From the IMG/VR virus record IMGVR_UViG_2778261667_000017: 64,000 nucleotides of DNA; one strand, 5' to 3'. The stretch's first letter is position 1. Every line of letters begins with the position of its first letter. A program made the translations under genes and the position numbers. The notes beneath the pieces were generated by a model. That model saw nothing but the letters and a program-made list of their open reading frames with translations. It was not told where the DNA came from and did not search any database. Shown one piece after another: positions 28,127 through 38,458 of this stretch. Source of the stretch: a virus. Lineage: Duplodnaviria > Heunggongvirae > Uroviricota > Caudoviricetes.

Positions 28127-29959
28127 ATGGCTGAATTTGAGCTTAAGGCGTTGATCACCGGTGTCGACAGGCTTTCTCCCGCGCTGTCGAAAATGCAAAA
28201 GAAAATCCGGGGATTTAAACGCCAGGCGGAAGAAGCGTCACAGGGTGGGCTGGCGCTTGGTGGCGGACTGGCTGCGGGTCTGACGCTTTCCCTGAAATCT
28301 TATGCCGATCAGGAAAACGCCGCCACCGGGCTGAAAGTTGCCATGATGGATGCGAACGGTGAGGTCGGAAAGAGCTTTCAGGACATCAATAAACTGGCTA
28401 TTGGTCTGGGTAACCAGCTACCCGGTACAACGGCTGATTTCCAGAACATGATGCAGATGCTGGTGCGTCAGGGGATCCCGGCAGAAAACATTCTGGGCGG
28501 TGTGGGTAAAGCGACAGCTTATCTTGCGGTACAACTGAAAAAAACACCGGAAGCGGCTGCCGAGTTTGCCGCAAAGATGCAGGATGCTACCGGAACGGCG
28601 TCAGAAGACATGATGGGGCTGTTCGACACTATCCAGAAGGCGTTTTATCTGGGCGTTGACGATACCAACATGTTGTCCTTCTTCACTAAAACCAGCTCTG
28701 TTCTGAAGATGGTGAACAAGGACGGTCTTCAGGCTGCACAGAGCCTTGCCCCCATCAGCGTCATGATGGATCAGATGGGGATGAACGGGGAATCGGCAGG
28801 TAACGCCCTGCGAAAAGTTATCCAGTCCGGATTAAGCGTTAAGAAAATCAGGGACGTCAATAAAATCATGGCCCGCCAGAAACTCGGGGTACAGCTCGAT
28901 TTTACTGACGGCAAAGGGAGTTTTGGCGGTCTTGATAACATGTTCAGGCAACTGGCAAAGCTGCGAAAACTGACCGACGTTAAGCGAACAGGTGTACTTA
29001 AGGCAATATTTGGTGATGATGCCGAAACCCTTCAGGTGGTCAATGCACTAATCGATAAAGGAAAGGATGGCTACGATCAGATCCAGCAGAAGATGAATAA
29101 ACAGGCCAGCCTGAATAAACGTGTGCAGGCACAGCTTGGTACGCTGTCCAACCTGTGGGAGGCAATGACAGGGACCGCAACTAACGGCCTTGCGGCTATT
29201 GGCGGCGCATTTTCTGGTGACGCTAAAAATATCACGCAATGGCTGGGGGAGTTGGGGGAGAAATTCACGAAGTTTGCGGATGAAAATCCCCGGGTTATTC
29301 GCGGCGTCGTCGGGCTTGCTGCCGGTCTTGCGATTCTGAAACTGGGATTGATGGGCGTTGGCGGTGCCATCAGTATTGTCAGCAGGATCATGTCGATGAC
29401 GCCGATTGGCATGATTGCGACGGCGATAGCCCTGGCTGCGGGATTAATTATCACTAACTGGGATGTTGTCGGACCTTATTTTAAGAAACTCTGGGAAACC
29501 ATTGGTCCTTATTTTGAGGCTGGCTGGGAACTCCTTAAGAAAGTTTTTGCCTGGTCGCCGCTGGGGATGGTGATCAATAACTGGGGGCCGGTTGTTAAGT
29601 GGTTTCAGGATATGTGGGACAAGCTGAAGCCAATTATTGAGTGGTTTACCGACAGTTCCGGTGACACGGACGATGCCATTAACTCTGCGCAGTGGGGCGC
29701 GGGTGCTTATGATGCTTATGGGACGGGAATACCGGCGCGGGGATACACACCTTATCAGGCGGTAGATCCGGCTCAGTCAAACAACGCCTCCGATGCCACA
29801 GGCCCGAATCCCTTCATGATCAACAAAGCTTCTGCGCCAAAAGTTGATGGTGAGATCAAGGTCTCTTTTGTGAATTCGCCTCCGGGTATGCGGGTTACGG
29901 AAACACGTTCCAGTGGCATTGATATTAATCACGATGTTGGGTACACCAGATTTAGGTAA
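28127..29959 (+). CDS. Tail tape measure protein, 610 aa
   Basis: Long helical protein with Gly/Ala-rich segments in canonical position. Confidence 0.9.
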   Translation: MAEFELKALITGVDRLSPALSKMQKKIRGFKRQAEEASQGGLALGGGLAAGLTLSLKSYADQENAATGLKVAMMDANGEVGKSFQDINKLAIGLGNQLPGTTADFQNMMQMLVRQGIPAENILGGVGKATAYLAVQLKKTPEAAAEFAAKMQDATGTASEDMMGLFDTIQKAFYLGVDDTNMLSFFTKTSSVLKMVNKDGLQAAQSLAPISVMMDQMGMNGESAGNALRKVIQSGLSVKKIRDVNKIMARQKLGVQLDFTDGKGSFGGLDNMFRQLAKLRKLTDVKRTGVLKAIFGDDAETLQVVNALIDKGKDGYDQIQQKMNKQASLNKRVQAQLGTLSNLWEAMTGTATNGLAAIGGAFSGDAKNITQWLGELGEKFTKFADENPRVIRGVVGLAAGLAILKLGLMGVGGAISIVSRIMSMTPIGMIATAIALAAGLIITNWDVVGPYFKKLWETIGPYFEAGWELLKKVFAWSPLGMVINNWGPVVKWFQDMWDKLKPIIEWFTDSSGDTDDAINSAQWGAGAYDAYGTGIPARGYTPYQAVDPAQSNNASDATGPNPFMINKASAPKVDGEIKVSFVNSPPGMRVTETRSSGIDINHDVGYTRFR

Positions 29960-29966
29960 AGACGAA

Positions 29967-29988
29967 CAGGGAGGGCCGCCCCTCCCTG
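29967..29988. terminator. Strong GC hairpin between convergent genes
   Basis: cagggaggg-ccgc-ccctccctg; no clear T-run on either side. Confidence 0.4.
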
Positions 29989-29991
29989 AAC

Positions 29992-30438
29992 TTACTGTGC
30001 GAACACGCAATTTCGGCCTGATGGGGAGCCGACAATTCTGGACATTTTTTCGCAAATAATAGTTACCTGTTCTCCTTTTTTAAGAGCAGCAGCTGTTGAT
30101 TTTTCAGAGTCTTGCATCTCCATTCTTGCTGGCATGAATTCATTTTCAGTTCTGAATTTAATAATTATAGAGTCAGTAAAGTCCTTATCAATGGATTGTA
30201 CGATACCTCTAACGGCGATTAATTTACCTTTTAACTGTTCATCGGTAGCGACTTCATTTTCTTCATACTCTTTAAACAGCTGTCGAGCAGTAGTGTTGTA
30301 GATTTCTTTTTGCGGTGCCGCAGCTTCCGTATCGGATGAGTATGAAGAATTAGAGCCTTTATCGTTATTGCCTGCAAAATATCCAATAATCACCAACCCG
30401 ATGAAAATATATAAAATCCATTTTAATAATTTCTTCAT
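29992..30438 (-). CDS. Membrane-anchored hypothetical protein with possible OB-fold domain, 148 aa (reverse-strand moron)
   Basis: N-terminal TM anchor (KKLLKWILYIFIGLVIIGYFAG); AT-rich; antisense within tail operon. Confidence 0.7.
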   Translation of the reverse strand: MKKLLKWILYIFIGLVIIGYFAGNNDKGSNSSYSSDTEAAAPQKEIYNTTARQLFKEYEENEVATDEQLKGKLIAVRGIVQSIDKDFTDSIIIKFRTENEFMPARMEMQDSEKSTAAALKKGEQVTIICEKMSRIVGSPSGRNCVFAQ

Positions 30439-30500
30439 GTTATCACCTTAATGCTAATAATTTATATGGTTACAAATGGTAATGGCTACCACTACAAATT

Positions 30501-31877
30501 ATGGCATTACCAGTAAATATTACTACTGATAATAAATATGGGAGTTATATGACGTGGAAAGACAGACTTCAGGACGCGTCATTTCGCGGTGTGTCGTTTA
30601 AGGTTGAAGAAGAAAGTGCGGGAACCGGCCGTCGTGTGGAAACACACGAATACCCGAACCGCGACAAACCCTATACCGAAGACCTGGGGAAAATCACTTT
30701 CCGCCCGTCCATCACGGCTTATGTGGTGGGAGATGACTGCTTTGACCAGCGCGATCGCCTGATTGACGCGCTGAATAAACCCGGTCCCGGCACGCTTGTC
30801 CATCCGACATACGGTGAACTGAAAGTCTGTGTTGACGGGGAAGTTCGGGTCAGCACATCGAAAAGTGAAGGACGTATTGTCCGCTTTGACCTGAAGTTTG
30901 TCGAAGCAGGAGAGCTCTCTTACCCCACATCAGGTGCGGCGACGGCGCAGACGCTGATGTCATCCTGTTCTGCACTGGATGACTGCATCAGTGACAGCTT
31001 CAGCGGTTTCAGTATCGATGGCGTGGCGGATTTTGTGCAGAACGACGTCGTTGGTAATGTCAGCACAATGCTTGGGTATGTTTCTGATGCGATGAAAGTG
31101 GTGGATTCTGCCGTATCGGATGCGGCCAGGCTGTTGCAGGGGGATATCTCGGTACTTCTGCCGCCACCATCGTCAGGCAAAAATTTCGTTGAGCAGGTGC
31201 AGAAAATGTGGCGTACCGGGAAACGCCTTTATGGTAACGCCAGCGACCTGGTCACCATGATCAAAACGCTTTCCGGTGTCAGCCTCGGCAGCGATCTGCA
31301 ACCGCGCGGCGTCTGGAAAACGGACAGTAAAACCACCGCCACGGCTACGCAGCAGCGTAACGTGGTTGCCAGCACCCTTCGTACGACCGCAATCAGCGAA
31401 GCGGCGTATGCCGTCACCCGATTGCCTGCGCCAACAACTTCCTCGGTGATGCAGAATGCCGCAGTGGGGCAGGCAACAACACCTGCGCAGAGCACTGGCT
31501 GGCCTTCCGTCACGCATCCGGCACTGAACAATGCACCGGCGGTGAAAAACACAGTTGACCTGCCGACGTGGGAAGAACTGACTGACATTCGCGACACACT
31601 GAATACGGCAATTGATAAGGAGTTGTCCCGTACAACCAGTGATGCGCTGTTTCTGGCGCTGCGCCGGGTGAAAGCAGATCTGAATGCGGATATCAACACG
31701 CGCCTTGAACAGTCTGCACGGATCATTCAGCGCACGCCGGATGAGGTTTTACCCGCGTTGGTGCTGGCGGCGACCTGGTTTGATAACGCGGCGCGTGACG
31801 CGGACATTATCCGGCGTAATGCCATTACGCATCCCGGCTTTGTGCCGGTGATCCCTCTGAAGGTGCCAGTGCAATGA
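30501..31877 (+). CDS. DNA circulation protein (Mu gp43-like), 458 aa
   Basis: Mu-like tail order; size. Confidence 0.8.
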   Translation: MALPVNITTDNKYGSYMTWKDRLQDASFRGVSFKVEEESAGTGRRVETHEYPNRDKPYTEDLGKITFRPSITAYVVGDDCFDQRDRLIDALNKPGPGTLVHPTYGELKVCVDGEVRVSTSKSEGRIVRFDLKFVEAGELSYPTSGAATAQTLMSSCSALDDCISDSFSGFSIDGVADFVQNDVVGNVSTMLGYVSDAMKVVDSAVSDAARLLQGDISVLLPPPSSGKNFVEQVQKMWRTGKRLYGNASDLVTMIKTLSGVSLGSDLQPRGVWKTDSKTTATATQQRNVVASTLRTTAISEAAYAVTRLPAPTTSSVMQNAAVGQATTPAQSTGWPSVTHPALNNAPAVKNTVDLPTWEELTDIRDTLNTAIDKELSRTTSDALFLALRRVKADLNADINTRLEQSARIIQRTPDEVLPALVLAATWFDNAARDADIIRRNAITHPGFVPVIPLKVPVQ

Positions 31878-32953
31878 ACGATAACGTCACGCTACGGGTA
31901 AATGGCCGGGAGTGGAATGGCTGGACATCGGTGCGCATCGGTGCCGGTGTTGAACGACTGGCGCGGGATTTCAGTGTGGAGATCACCCGCCAGTGGCCGG
32001 GAGATGAGGGGATCACCACGCTTCAGCCGCGCATTAAAAACGGTTCAAAAGTGGAAGTGCTGATTGGTGATGAGCTGGTGATCACCGGCTGGGTGGAGGC
32101 GACGCCCGTTCGTTACGATGCCCGTTCGGTCAGCACCGGTATTGCCGGACGCAGTCTGACCGCTGATCTGATTGACTGTGCAGCCGAACCGACACAGTTT
32201 AACGGACGATCGCTGGTACAGATTGCGCAGGCGCTTGCTGCGCCCTTCGGCATTGAGGTGGTGAACAACGGTGCGCCGTCGGGTGTTATTCCTGACGTCC
32301 AGCCTGATCACGGTGAAACGGTGATTGAGGTAATCAACAAAATACTCGGTCAGCAGCAGGCACTGGCTTACGACGACCCGCACGGCAGGCTGGTGATTGG
32401 CGGTATTGGCTCAACGCGGGCACATACTGCACTGGTACTTGGGGAAAACATCCTTTCCTGCGATACGGAGAAGAGTATCCGGGAGCGGTTTTCTGTTTAC
32501 CAGGTGGCGGGGCAGCGTGCCGGAAACGACGATGATTTCGGTGAGGCCACCACCACCGCGCTGCGGGCCCGCACAGAGGACGCATTTATTGCCCGTTACC
32601 GTCCGATGTATATCAGGCAGACAGGGCAGGCCACGGGGGCAGGCTGTATTGCGCGTGCTGACTTTGAAGCCCGGCAACGGGCGGCGCGGACGGATGAAAC
32701 CACCTATGTGGTGCAGGGCTGGCGACAGGGTAACGGTACGCTGTGGCAGCCCAACCAGCGGGTGATTGTCTTCGATCCGGTCTGTGGTTTTGACAATACC
32801 GAACTGCTTGTCTCGGAAGTCACGTTTACTCAGGACCAGAATGGCACCCTGACGGAAATCCGTGTCGGCCCGCCTGATGCTTATCTGCCTGAACCCGAAG
32901 ACCCCGGCGCGCGGAAAAAGAAAAAAGCCAGAGTACAGGAGGACCCGTTCTGA
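31874..32953 (+). CDS. Baseplate/tail protein (Mu gp44 / P-like), 359 aa
   Basis: Mu-like tail order; size. Confidence 0.8.
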   Translation: MNDNVTLRVNGREWNGWTSVRIGAGVERLARDFSVEITRQWPGDEGITTLQPRIKNGSKVEVLIGDELVITGWVEATPVRYDARSVSTGIAGRSLTADLIDCAAEPTQFNGRSLVQIAQALAAPFGIEVVNNGAPSGVIPDVQPDHGETVIEVINKILGQQQALAYDDPHGRLVIGGIGSTRAHTALVLGENILSCDTEKSIRERFSVYQVAGQRAGNDDDFGEATTTALRARTEDAFIARYRPMYIRQTGQATGAGCIARADFEARQRAARTDETTYVVQGWRQGNGTLWQPNQRVIVFDPVCGFDNTELLVSEVTFTQDQNGTLTEIRVGPPDAYLPEPEDPGARKKKKARVQEDPF

Positions 32954-33501
32954 TGAGGACGATTGAAGCCATGCAGCGACAACTCCTCGGCCTGATTGGG
33001 CGGGCCGTGGTGAAAAGCATCAGTGCCGCCACGAAATGTCAGACCGTGGATGTGTCCCTGATTGCCGGTGAACCCAAAGCCGGGATTGAACATCTTGAAC
33101 CCTACGGTTTTACCGCAAGGGCAAACAGCGGTGCGGAAGCGGTGGTGTTGTTTCCGGATGGCGACCGTTCTCATGCGGTGGTTGTTACGGTGTCGGACCG
33201 GCGCTACCGCCTGAAAGGGCTGCAGACGGGTGAGGTGGCTGTCTATGACGATCAGGGGCAGTCCGTGACGCTGACCCGGGAGGGGATCGTGGTGGACGGT
33301 GCAGGTAAAACGATCACGTTTCGCAATGCACCTGAAGCACGTTTTGAAATGGACCTGGAAGTGACAGGACAGGTGAAAGACCTGTGCGACTCCGGCGGCA
33401 CCACCATGTCAGCGATGCGGCTTGCCTATAACGGCCATCGTCACAGAGAGAACGGTCAGGGCAGTAACACCGATAAACCTGATAAAGCGATGGAGGCATG
33501 A
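32953..33501 (+). CDS. Baseplate assembly protein V (spike), 182 aa
   Basis: gpV-like pattern; position. Confidence 0.8.
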   Translation: MRTIEAMQRQLLGLIGRAVVKSISAATKCQTVDVSLIAGEPKAGIEHLEPYGFTARANSGAEAVVLFPDGDRSHAVVVTVSDRRYRLKGLQTGEVAVYDDQGQSVTLTREGIVVDGAGKTITFRNAPEARFEMDLEVTGQVKDLCDSGGTTMSAMRLAYNGHRHRENGQGSNTDKPDKAMEA

Positions 33502-33926
33502 TGGAACTGTGGCTGACGGTGAACGGTAAACGCACCTGCGCCAGCGCACCGCTGGATCCGCTGACCCGCGCCGTGGTGATTTCCCTGTTCACCTGGCGGC
33601 GGGCGGAGCCTGATGACAACGCCGACGTCCCGATGGGATGGTGGGGGGATTCCTGGCCTGCGGTACAGAATGACCGTTACGGTTCTCGACTGTGGCTGCT
33701 TCAGCGCAGCAAACTGACCAATCAGCTGGTACAGACGGTAAGGGGATATATCCGCGAATGCCTGCAATGGATGATTGATGATGGCGTGGTGTCCCGTATT
33801 GATCTGGATATCCGTCGCACCGGGATTAATGAGCTGGGTAACAGTATCACCCTCTGGCGTCGTGACGGACCGGTAATGATTTCTTTTGATGATCTGTGGA
33901 GTGCGATAACGCATGGCGGACAGTGA
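33498..33926 (+). CDS. Baseplate protein (Mu gp46 / gpW-like), 142 aa
   Basis: Position and size. Confidence 0.75.
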   Translation: MMELWLTVNGKRTCASAPLDPLTRAVVISLFTWRRAEPDDNADVPMGWWGDSWPAVQNDRYGSRLWLLQRSKLTNQLVQTVRGYIRECLQWMIDDGVVSRIDLDIRRTGINELGNSITLWRRDGPVMISFDDLWSAITHGGQ

Positions 33927-34971
33927 ATTTCAGCGCCCGACGCTGGCAGAAAATATCAGTATGCTCCGTAACGATTTATTCGCCAGGCTGGACGTCAGCG
34001 ACACGCTCCGGCGCATGGATGAAGACGTGCGGGCAAAGGTGTATGCGGCGGCGCTGCATACGGTTTACGGGTACATCGATTATCTGGCAATGAACATGCT
34101 GCCTGACCTGTGCGATGAGTTCTGGCTGGCGCGACATGCTGCGATGAAACGGTGTCCGCGCAAGGGTGCCACAGCTGCCAGCGGGTATATGCGCTGGGAA
34201 GGCGTCAGCGATGGCCTGAAGGTGACCGCCGGGAGTGTTATTCAGCGCGATGACCTGGTTCAGTACACGGCAACTGCCGATGCAACCAGCTCCGGTGGTG
34301 TCCTGCGCCTGCCGATCGCCTGTTCAACTGCAGGCGCGGTCGGTAACGCTGACGACGGTACGGCATTAATCCTGGTCACGCCGGTGAATGGTCTGCCGTC
34401 TTCCGGTGTGGCTGACACCCTGACAGGCGGATTTGATACTGAAGAGCTGGAAACGTGGCGCGCCCGCGTCATTGAGCGGTATTACTGGACGCCGCAGGGC
34501 GGGGCTGACGGGGACTATGTTGTCTGGGCTAAAGAAGTGCCCGGCATTACCCGCGCATGGACATACCGTCACTGGATGGGAACGGGAACTGTCGGTGTGA
34601 TGATTGCCAGCAGTGACCTGATTAATCCCATTCCGGAAGAATCAACGGAAACGGCAGCAAGACAACATATCGGGCCACTGGCCCCGGTGGCAGGCTCTGA
34701 TTTGTATGTATTCAGGCCGGTGGCGCATAAAGTGGATTTTCATATCCGCGTGACGCCGGACACACCAGAAATACGGGCTGCCATTACCGCGGAGTTGCGT
34801 TCGTTCCTGCTGCGTGATGGTTATCCGCAGGGAGAGCTGAAGGTGTCGCGTATCAGTGAAGCGATTTCCGGTGCGAACGGGGAATACAGCCATCAGTTGC
34901 TTGCACCGGCAGACAATATCTCCATTGCGAAAAACGAACTGGCGGTTCTGGGGACGATTTCATGGACGTGA
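33913..34971 (+). CDS. Baseplate J-like protein (Mu gp47), 352 aa
   Basis: Baseplate J pattern; position. Confidence 0.85.
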   Translation: MADSEFQRPTLAENISMLRNDLFARLDVSDTLRRMDEDVRAKVYAAALHTVYGYIDYLAMNMLPDLCDEFWLARHAAMKRCPRKGATAASGYMRWEGVSDGLKVTAGSVIQRDDLVQYTATADATSSGGVLRLPIACSTAGAVGNADDGTALILVTPVNGLPSSGVADTLTGGFDTEELETWRARVIERYYWTPQGGADGDYVVWAKEVPGITRAWTYRHWMGTGTVGVMIASSDLINPIPEESTETAARQHIGPLAPVAGSDLYVFRPVAHKVDFHIRVTPDTPEIRAAITAELRSFLLRDGYPQGELKVSRISEAISGANGEYSHQLLAPADNISIAKNELAVLGTISWT

Positions 34972-35546
34972 CAAACGATGATTACATCCGTCTGTTGTCA
35001 GCACTGTTGCCGCCCGGTCCGGCGTGGTCAGCCAGCGATCCGGCGATTGCCGGTGCAGCACCGTCATTAACCCGTGTTCATCAGCGTGCGGATGCCCTGA
35101 TGCGGGAGCTGGATCCGCGCACCACCACCGAACTGATAAACCGCTGGGAGCGTCTGTGCGGCCTGCCGGATGAATGTATTCCCGCAGGGACACAGACCCT
35201 TCGCCAGCGTCAGCAACGGCTGGATGCGAAGGTTAACCTGGCGGGCGGCATCAACGAGGATTTTTATCTTGCACAGCTTGCTGCCCTGGGCAGACCAGAT
35301 GCCACCATCACGCGATACGACAAAAGCACCTTCACCTGCTCATCGGCCTGTACTGACGCGGTGAATGCGCCGGAATGGCGGTATTACTGGCAGGTCAACA
35401 TGCCAGCTGCCACCAACACCACCTGGATGACATGTGGTGATCCCTGTGATTCCGCACTGCGTATCTGGGGCGACACCGTTGTCGAGTGTGTGCTTAACAA
35501 ACTCTGCCCTTCGCATACCTACGTAATTTTTAAATATCCGGAGTAA
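34962..35546 (+). CDS. Tail protein (Mu gp48-like, DUF2313), 194 aa
   Basis: Position before tail fibre; size. Confidence 0.75.
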   Translation: MDVTNDDYIRLLSALLPPGPAWSASDPAIAGAAPSLTRVHQRADALMRELDPRTTTELINRWERLCGLPDECIPAGTQTLRQRQQRLDAKVNLAGGINEDFYLAQLAALGRPDATITRYDKSTFTCSSACTDAVNAPEWRYYWQVNMPAATNTTWMTCGDPCDSALRIWGDTVVECVLNKLCPSHTYVIFKYPE

Positions 35547-35549
35547 TCC

Positions 35550-36212
35550 ATGCATCGTATAGACACGAAAACCGCGCAGAAGGATAAGTTCGGCGCGGGT
35601 AAGAGCGGTTTTACCCGTGGTAACCCCCAGACCGGCACACCTGCCACCGATCTGGATGATGACTACTTTGACATGTTGCAGGAAGAACTCTGCAGCGTGG
35701 TGGAGGCATCCGGTGTCAGCCTGGAGAAGGGGCGGCATGACCAGCTGCTTACCGCGCTTCGTGCGCTGCTGTTAAGCCGCAAGAATCCGTTTGGCGATAT
35801 CAAATCGGATGGCACGGTGAAAACGGCTCTCGAAAACCTTGGTTTGGGAGAAGCGGCAAAACGGGATGTGGGGACAGGGGAAAATCAGATACCGGACATG
35901 GCCTCTTTTGCCAGTGGTGATGGATGGATGAAATTACCCAACGGGAAAATCCTGCAATATGGTCGTGGTGCGGTTACGCCGACATTATCGACGCAAACAA
36001 TGAGAATTACATTCAGCATCCCTTTCCCCAAAAAAGCGGACTGCGCCATGCTTACTCATTCTGGTGATGGCGGTGCGCCTTTAGGCGCTGGGCGAGGGTT
36101 CGTGATGACTGCAGAAGGCCCAACGTTAACCGGCTTTAATTCTGCTTACAGAACGTCATCAACCAGCGACACGGTATCGATGAATTACAGTTGGTGGGCT
36201 GTTGGTGAGTAA
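35550..36212 (+). CDS. stf: Tail fibre protein; constant N-terminus fused to the currently expressed variable C-terminus, 220 aa
   Basis: Conserved Mu S / e14 StfE-type N-terminus ([37 protein letters not shown]); crossover site inside the gene. Confidence 0.8.
   Translation: MHRIDTKTAQKDKFGAGKSGFTRGNPQTGTPATDLDDDYFDMLQEELCSVVEASGVSLEKGRHDQLLTALRALLLSRKNPFGDIKSDGTVKTALENLGLGEAAKRDVGTGENQIPDMASFASGDGWMKLPNGKILQYGRGAVTPTLSTQTMRITFSIPFPKKADCAMLTHSGDGGAPLGAGRGFVMTAEGPTLTGFNSAYRTSSTSDTVSMNYSWWAVGE
35834..35853. repeat. Left inverted repeat of invertible tail-fibre segment (pix/gix-like site)
   Basis: aaaccttggtttgggagaag; matches reverse complement of 37717-37736 at 19/20. Confidence 0.75.
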
Positions 36213-36223
36213 TTTTATTCAGG

Positions 36224-36676
36224 GTGATTTATATGAACGAATATGTTTATAGCGCAAGGCATAATGCTTTTTTCCCTGTGGATATGATTGATAAATATAA
36301 ATCAGAGGGATGGGATTTATCAGACGCTAAGGAAGTAAATCAAAATATTATCAGTGAGTTTATGGCTGAACCGCCACAAGGAAAAATCCGTATTGCCGGA
36401 GATGATGGGCTGCCTGCGTGGGCAGATATTCCTCCACCCACGCATGAAGAGCTTATTGAAATTACTGAATCAGAAAGACAGCTACTAATTAACCAGGCCA
36501 ACGAATACATGAACAGTAAGCAATGGCCCGGTAAAGCCGCTATTGGTCGTCTGAAAGGTGAGGAACTGGCGCAATATAATTTGTGGCTGGATTATCTGGA
36601 TGCACTGGAGCTGGTTGATACCTCCAGTGCGCCAGATATTGAATGGCCTACGCCTCCGGCAGTTCAGGCCAGATAA
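36224..36676 (+). CDS. tfa: Tail fibre assembly protein (current orientation), 150 aa
   Basis: Tfa-like C-terminus; follows tail fibre. Confidence 0.8.
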   Translation: MIYMNEYVYSARHNAFFPVDMIDKYKSEGWDLSDAKEVNQNIISEFMAEPPQGKIRIAGDDGLPAWADIPPPTHEELIEITESERQLLINQANEYMNSKQWPGKAAIGRLKGEELAQYNLWLDYLDALELVDTSSAPDIEWPTPPAVQAR

Positions 36677-37250
36677 CATCCGGCGCGGTGCTGGTATCTG
36701 TTGCCGTCACCGCGTCAATGTAATCCAGCACAGCGTTAAGTCTGGTTGTTTCTGCCTGCGTCAGTTTACGTCCGGCCTGCAATTTCAGTTGAATCAGACT
36801 GATGGAAGCCATTGCTGCATCAATCAGTGACTGGCGCTGTGCTTCTGCCGCTTCTACTGCGGCACCGTGTTGTGCCTCAGTATCTGTCACCCATTTTTCA
36901 CCATCCCATTTATCGTATGGCGTTAACGGGGCGATAGTGGTTGTATTTTCGGGATAGTCGCCTAGTGCTGTGATTCCTTTGGCATCTCCCGTTTCGGTGT
37001 TATAGACGATTTCACCGCGATGGTCTGACACATATTCCCATGATTTTAAATCCACAGAACGGCAAATTGTATAACCAGCCTTAGATGTACCAGGAGCGTC
37101 TAAACAGGAATATGCTGGAATACCGACACCCACTGCAAGATATTCAGTTGATGCAGAAATATATTCCCGCGTCTCACCATCATAGTTATAGACGGTAATA
37201 TTCCCCGCCTTCGTGGTAATAAGCTCGCTATTTAATACGGCGTTATCCAT
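36648..37250 (-). CDS. tfa: Tail fibre assembly protein (alternate orientation), 200 aa
   Basis: Tfa-like C-terminus shared with 36224-36676; convergent overlap typical of invertible segments. Confidence 0.8.
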   Translation of the reverse strand: MDNAVLNSELITTKAGNITVYNYDGETREYISASTEYLAVGVGIPAYSCLDAPGTSKAGYTICRSVDLKSWEYVSDHRGEIVYNTETGDAKGITALGDYPENTTTIAPLTPYDKWDGEKWVTDTEAQHGAAVEAAEAQRQSLIDAAMASISLIQLKLQAGRKLTQAETTRLNAVLDYIDAVTATDTSTAPDVIWPELPEA

Positions 37251-37771
37251 TATGCAGCCCTCACGATATAGTTAAATGCAATATTTCGTGGACGGGTTTC
37301 ACTCCCGCCAGTATTACCGATACTCCCTCGTGAATGAAGTGTCGGTGATGGGATCAGAGTTCCGCCTGCACTGGTAGCATCCAGCCCCTTGCCCTGTGTA
37401 TATGTATTTCGGAAGATTGTTGCCAGCTCCCATTCCTCTTTTGAATCATGCCCATCGTTAGCTACAACAAAATGACGGTGCTTTTCCAGCATTCCGGCCT
37501 GAATACTCAATAAAACACGTCCTGCATCAATACCGCGCCCGTCATCCCAGCCACGAATAAACTCACCGCGTAAATCAGGTAATTTATTTGTTGGATAAGC
37601 CTTTGCCAGTTCCGGGTATTCTTCAGCAGAAAATGCCGCACCGTTGCATTTCAGCCAGCCTGTTGGCGGTGTGACTGAAGACCATGGAACAGGCACACCA
37701 ACAGGTAATGCAGAGCCTTCTCCCAAACCAACGTTTATGAAAATGCAGAAATAACGAGCAAATGGCATCAT
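37250..37771 (-). CDS. Alternate tail-fibre variable C-terminal segment (fused to stf N-terminus after inversion)
   Basis: Tail-fibre C-terminal sequence; crossover site within its first codons. Confidence 0.7.
   Translation of the reverse strand: MMPFARYFCIFINVGLGEGSALPVGVPVPWSSVTPPTGWLKCNGAAFSAEEYPELAKAYPTNKLPDLRGEFIRGWDDGRGIDAGRVLLSIQAGMLEKHRHFVVANDGHDSKEEWELATIFRNTYTQGKGLDATSAGGTLIPSPTLHSRGSIGNTGGSETRPRNIAFNYIVRAA
37717..37736. repeat. Right inverted repeat of invertible segment (pix/gix-like site)
   Basis: cttctcccaaaccaacgttt; resembles remembered gix consensus; adjacent to pin. Confidence 0.75.
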
Positions 37772-37797
37772 TCCTGCTTTTGTCAGGGGGATCTACC

Positions 37798-38352
37798 ATG
37801 CTTATTGGCTATGTACGCGTATCAACAAATGACCAGAACACAGATCTACAACGTAATGCGCTGAACTGTGCAGGATGCGAGCTGATTTTTGAAGACAAGA
37901 TAAGCGGTACAAAGTCCGAAAGGCCGGGACTGAAAAAACTGCTCAGGACATTATCGGCAGGTGACACGCTGGTGGTCTGGAAACTGGACCGGCTGGGGCG
38001 CAGTATGCGGCATCTTGTCGTGCTGGTGGAGGAGTTGCGCGAACGAGGCATCAACTTTCGTAGTCTGACGGATTCAATTGATACCAGTACCCCAATGGGG
38101 CGCTTTTTCTTTCATGTGATGGGTGCCCTGGCTGAAATGGAGCGTGAACTGATTGTTGAAAGAACAAAAGCTGGACTGGAAGCTGCTCGCGCACAGGGAC
38201 GAATTGGTGGACGTCGTCCCAAACTTACACCAGAACAATGGGAACAGGCCGGACGATTAATTGCATCAGGAGTTCCTCGCCAGAAGGTGGCGATTATCTA
38301 TGATGTTGGTGTGTCAACTTTGTATAAGAGGTTTCCTGCAGGGGATAAATAA
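37798..38352 (+). CDS. pin: Serine DNA invertase Pin (e14 type), 184 aa
   Basis: Near-identical to remembered e14 Pin (MLIGYVRVSTNDQNTDLQRNAL...). Confidence 0.95.
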   Translation: MLIGYVRVSTNDQNTDLQRNALNCAGCELIFEDKISGTKSERPGLKKLLRTLSAGDTLVVWKLDRLGRSMRHLVVLVEELRERGINFRSLTDSIDTSTPMGRFFFHVMGALAEMERELIVERTKAGLEAARAQGRIGGRRPKLTPEQWEQAGRLIASGVPRQKVAIIYDVGVSTLYKRFPAGDK

Positions 38353-38458
38353 AGTTAAAGACACTTTGTGTACAAAAGAAAGTAAAACAACAGCAACTTG
38401 TTGCAATTTTATCAATAAAAGTAGTATTGTCGTGAAAAATTGATTAAAGATTAATATT

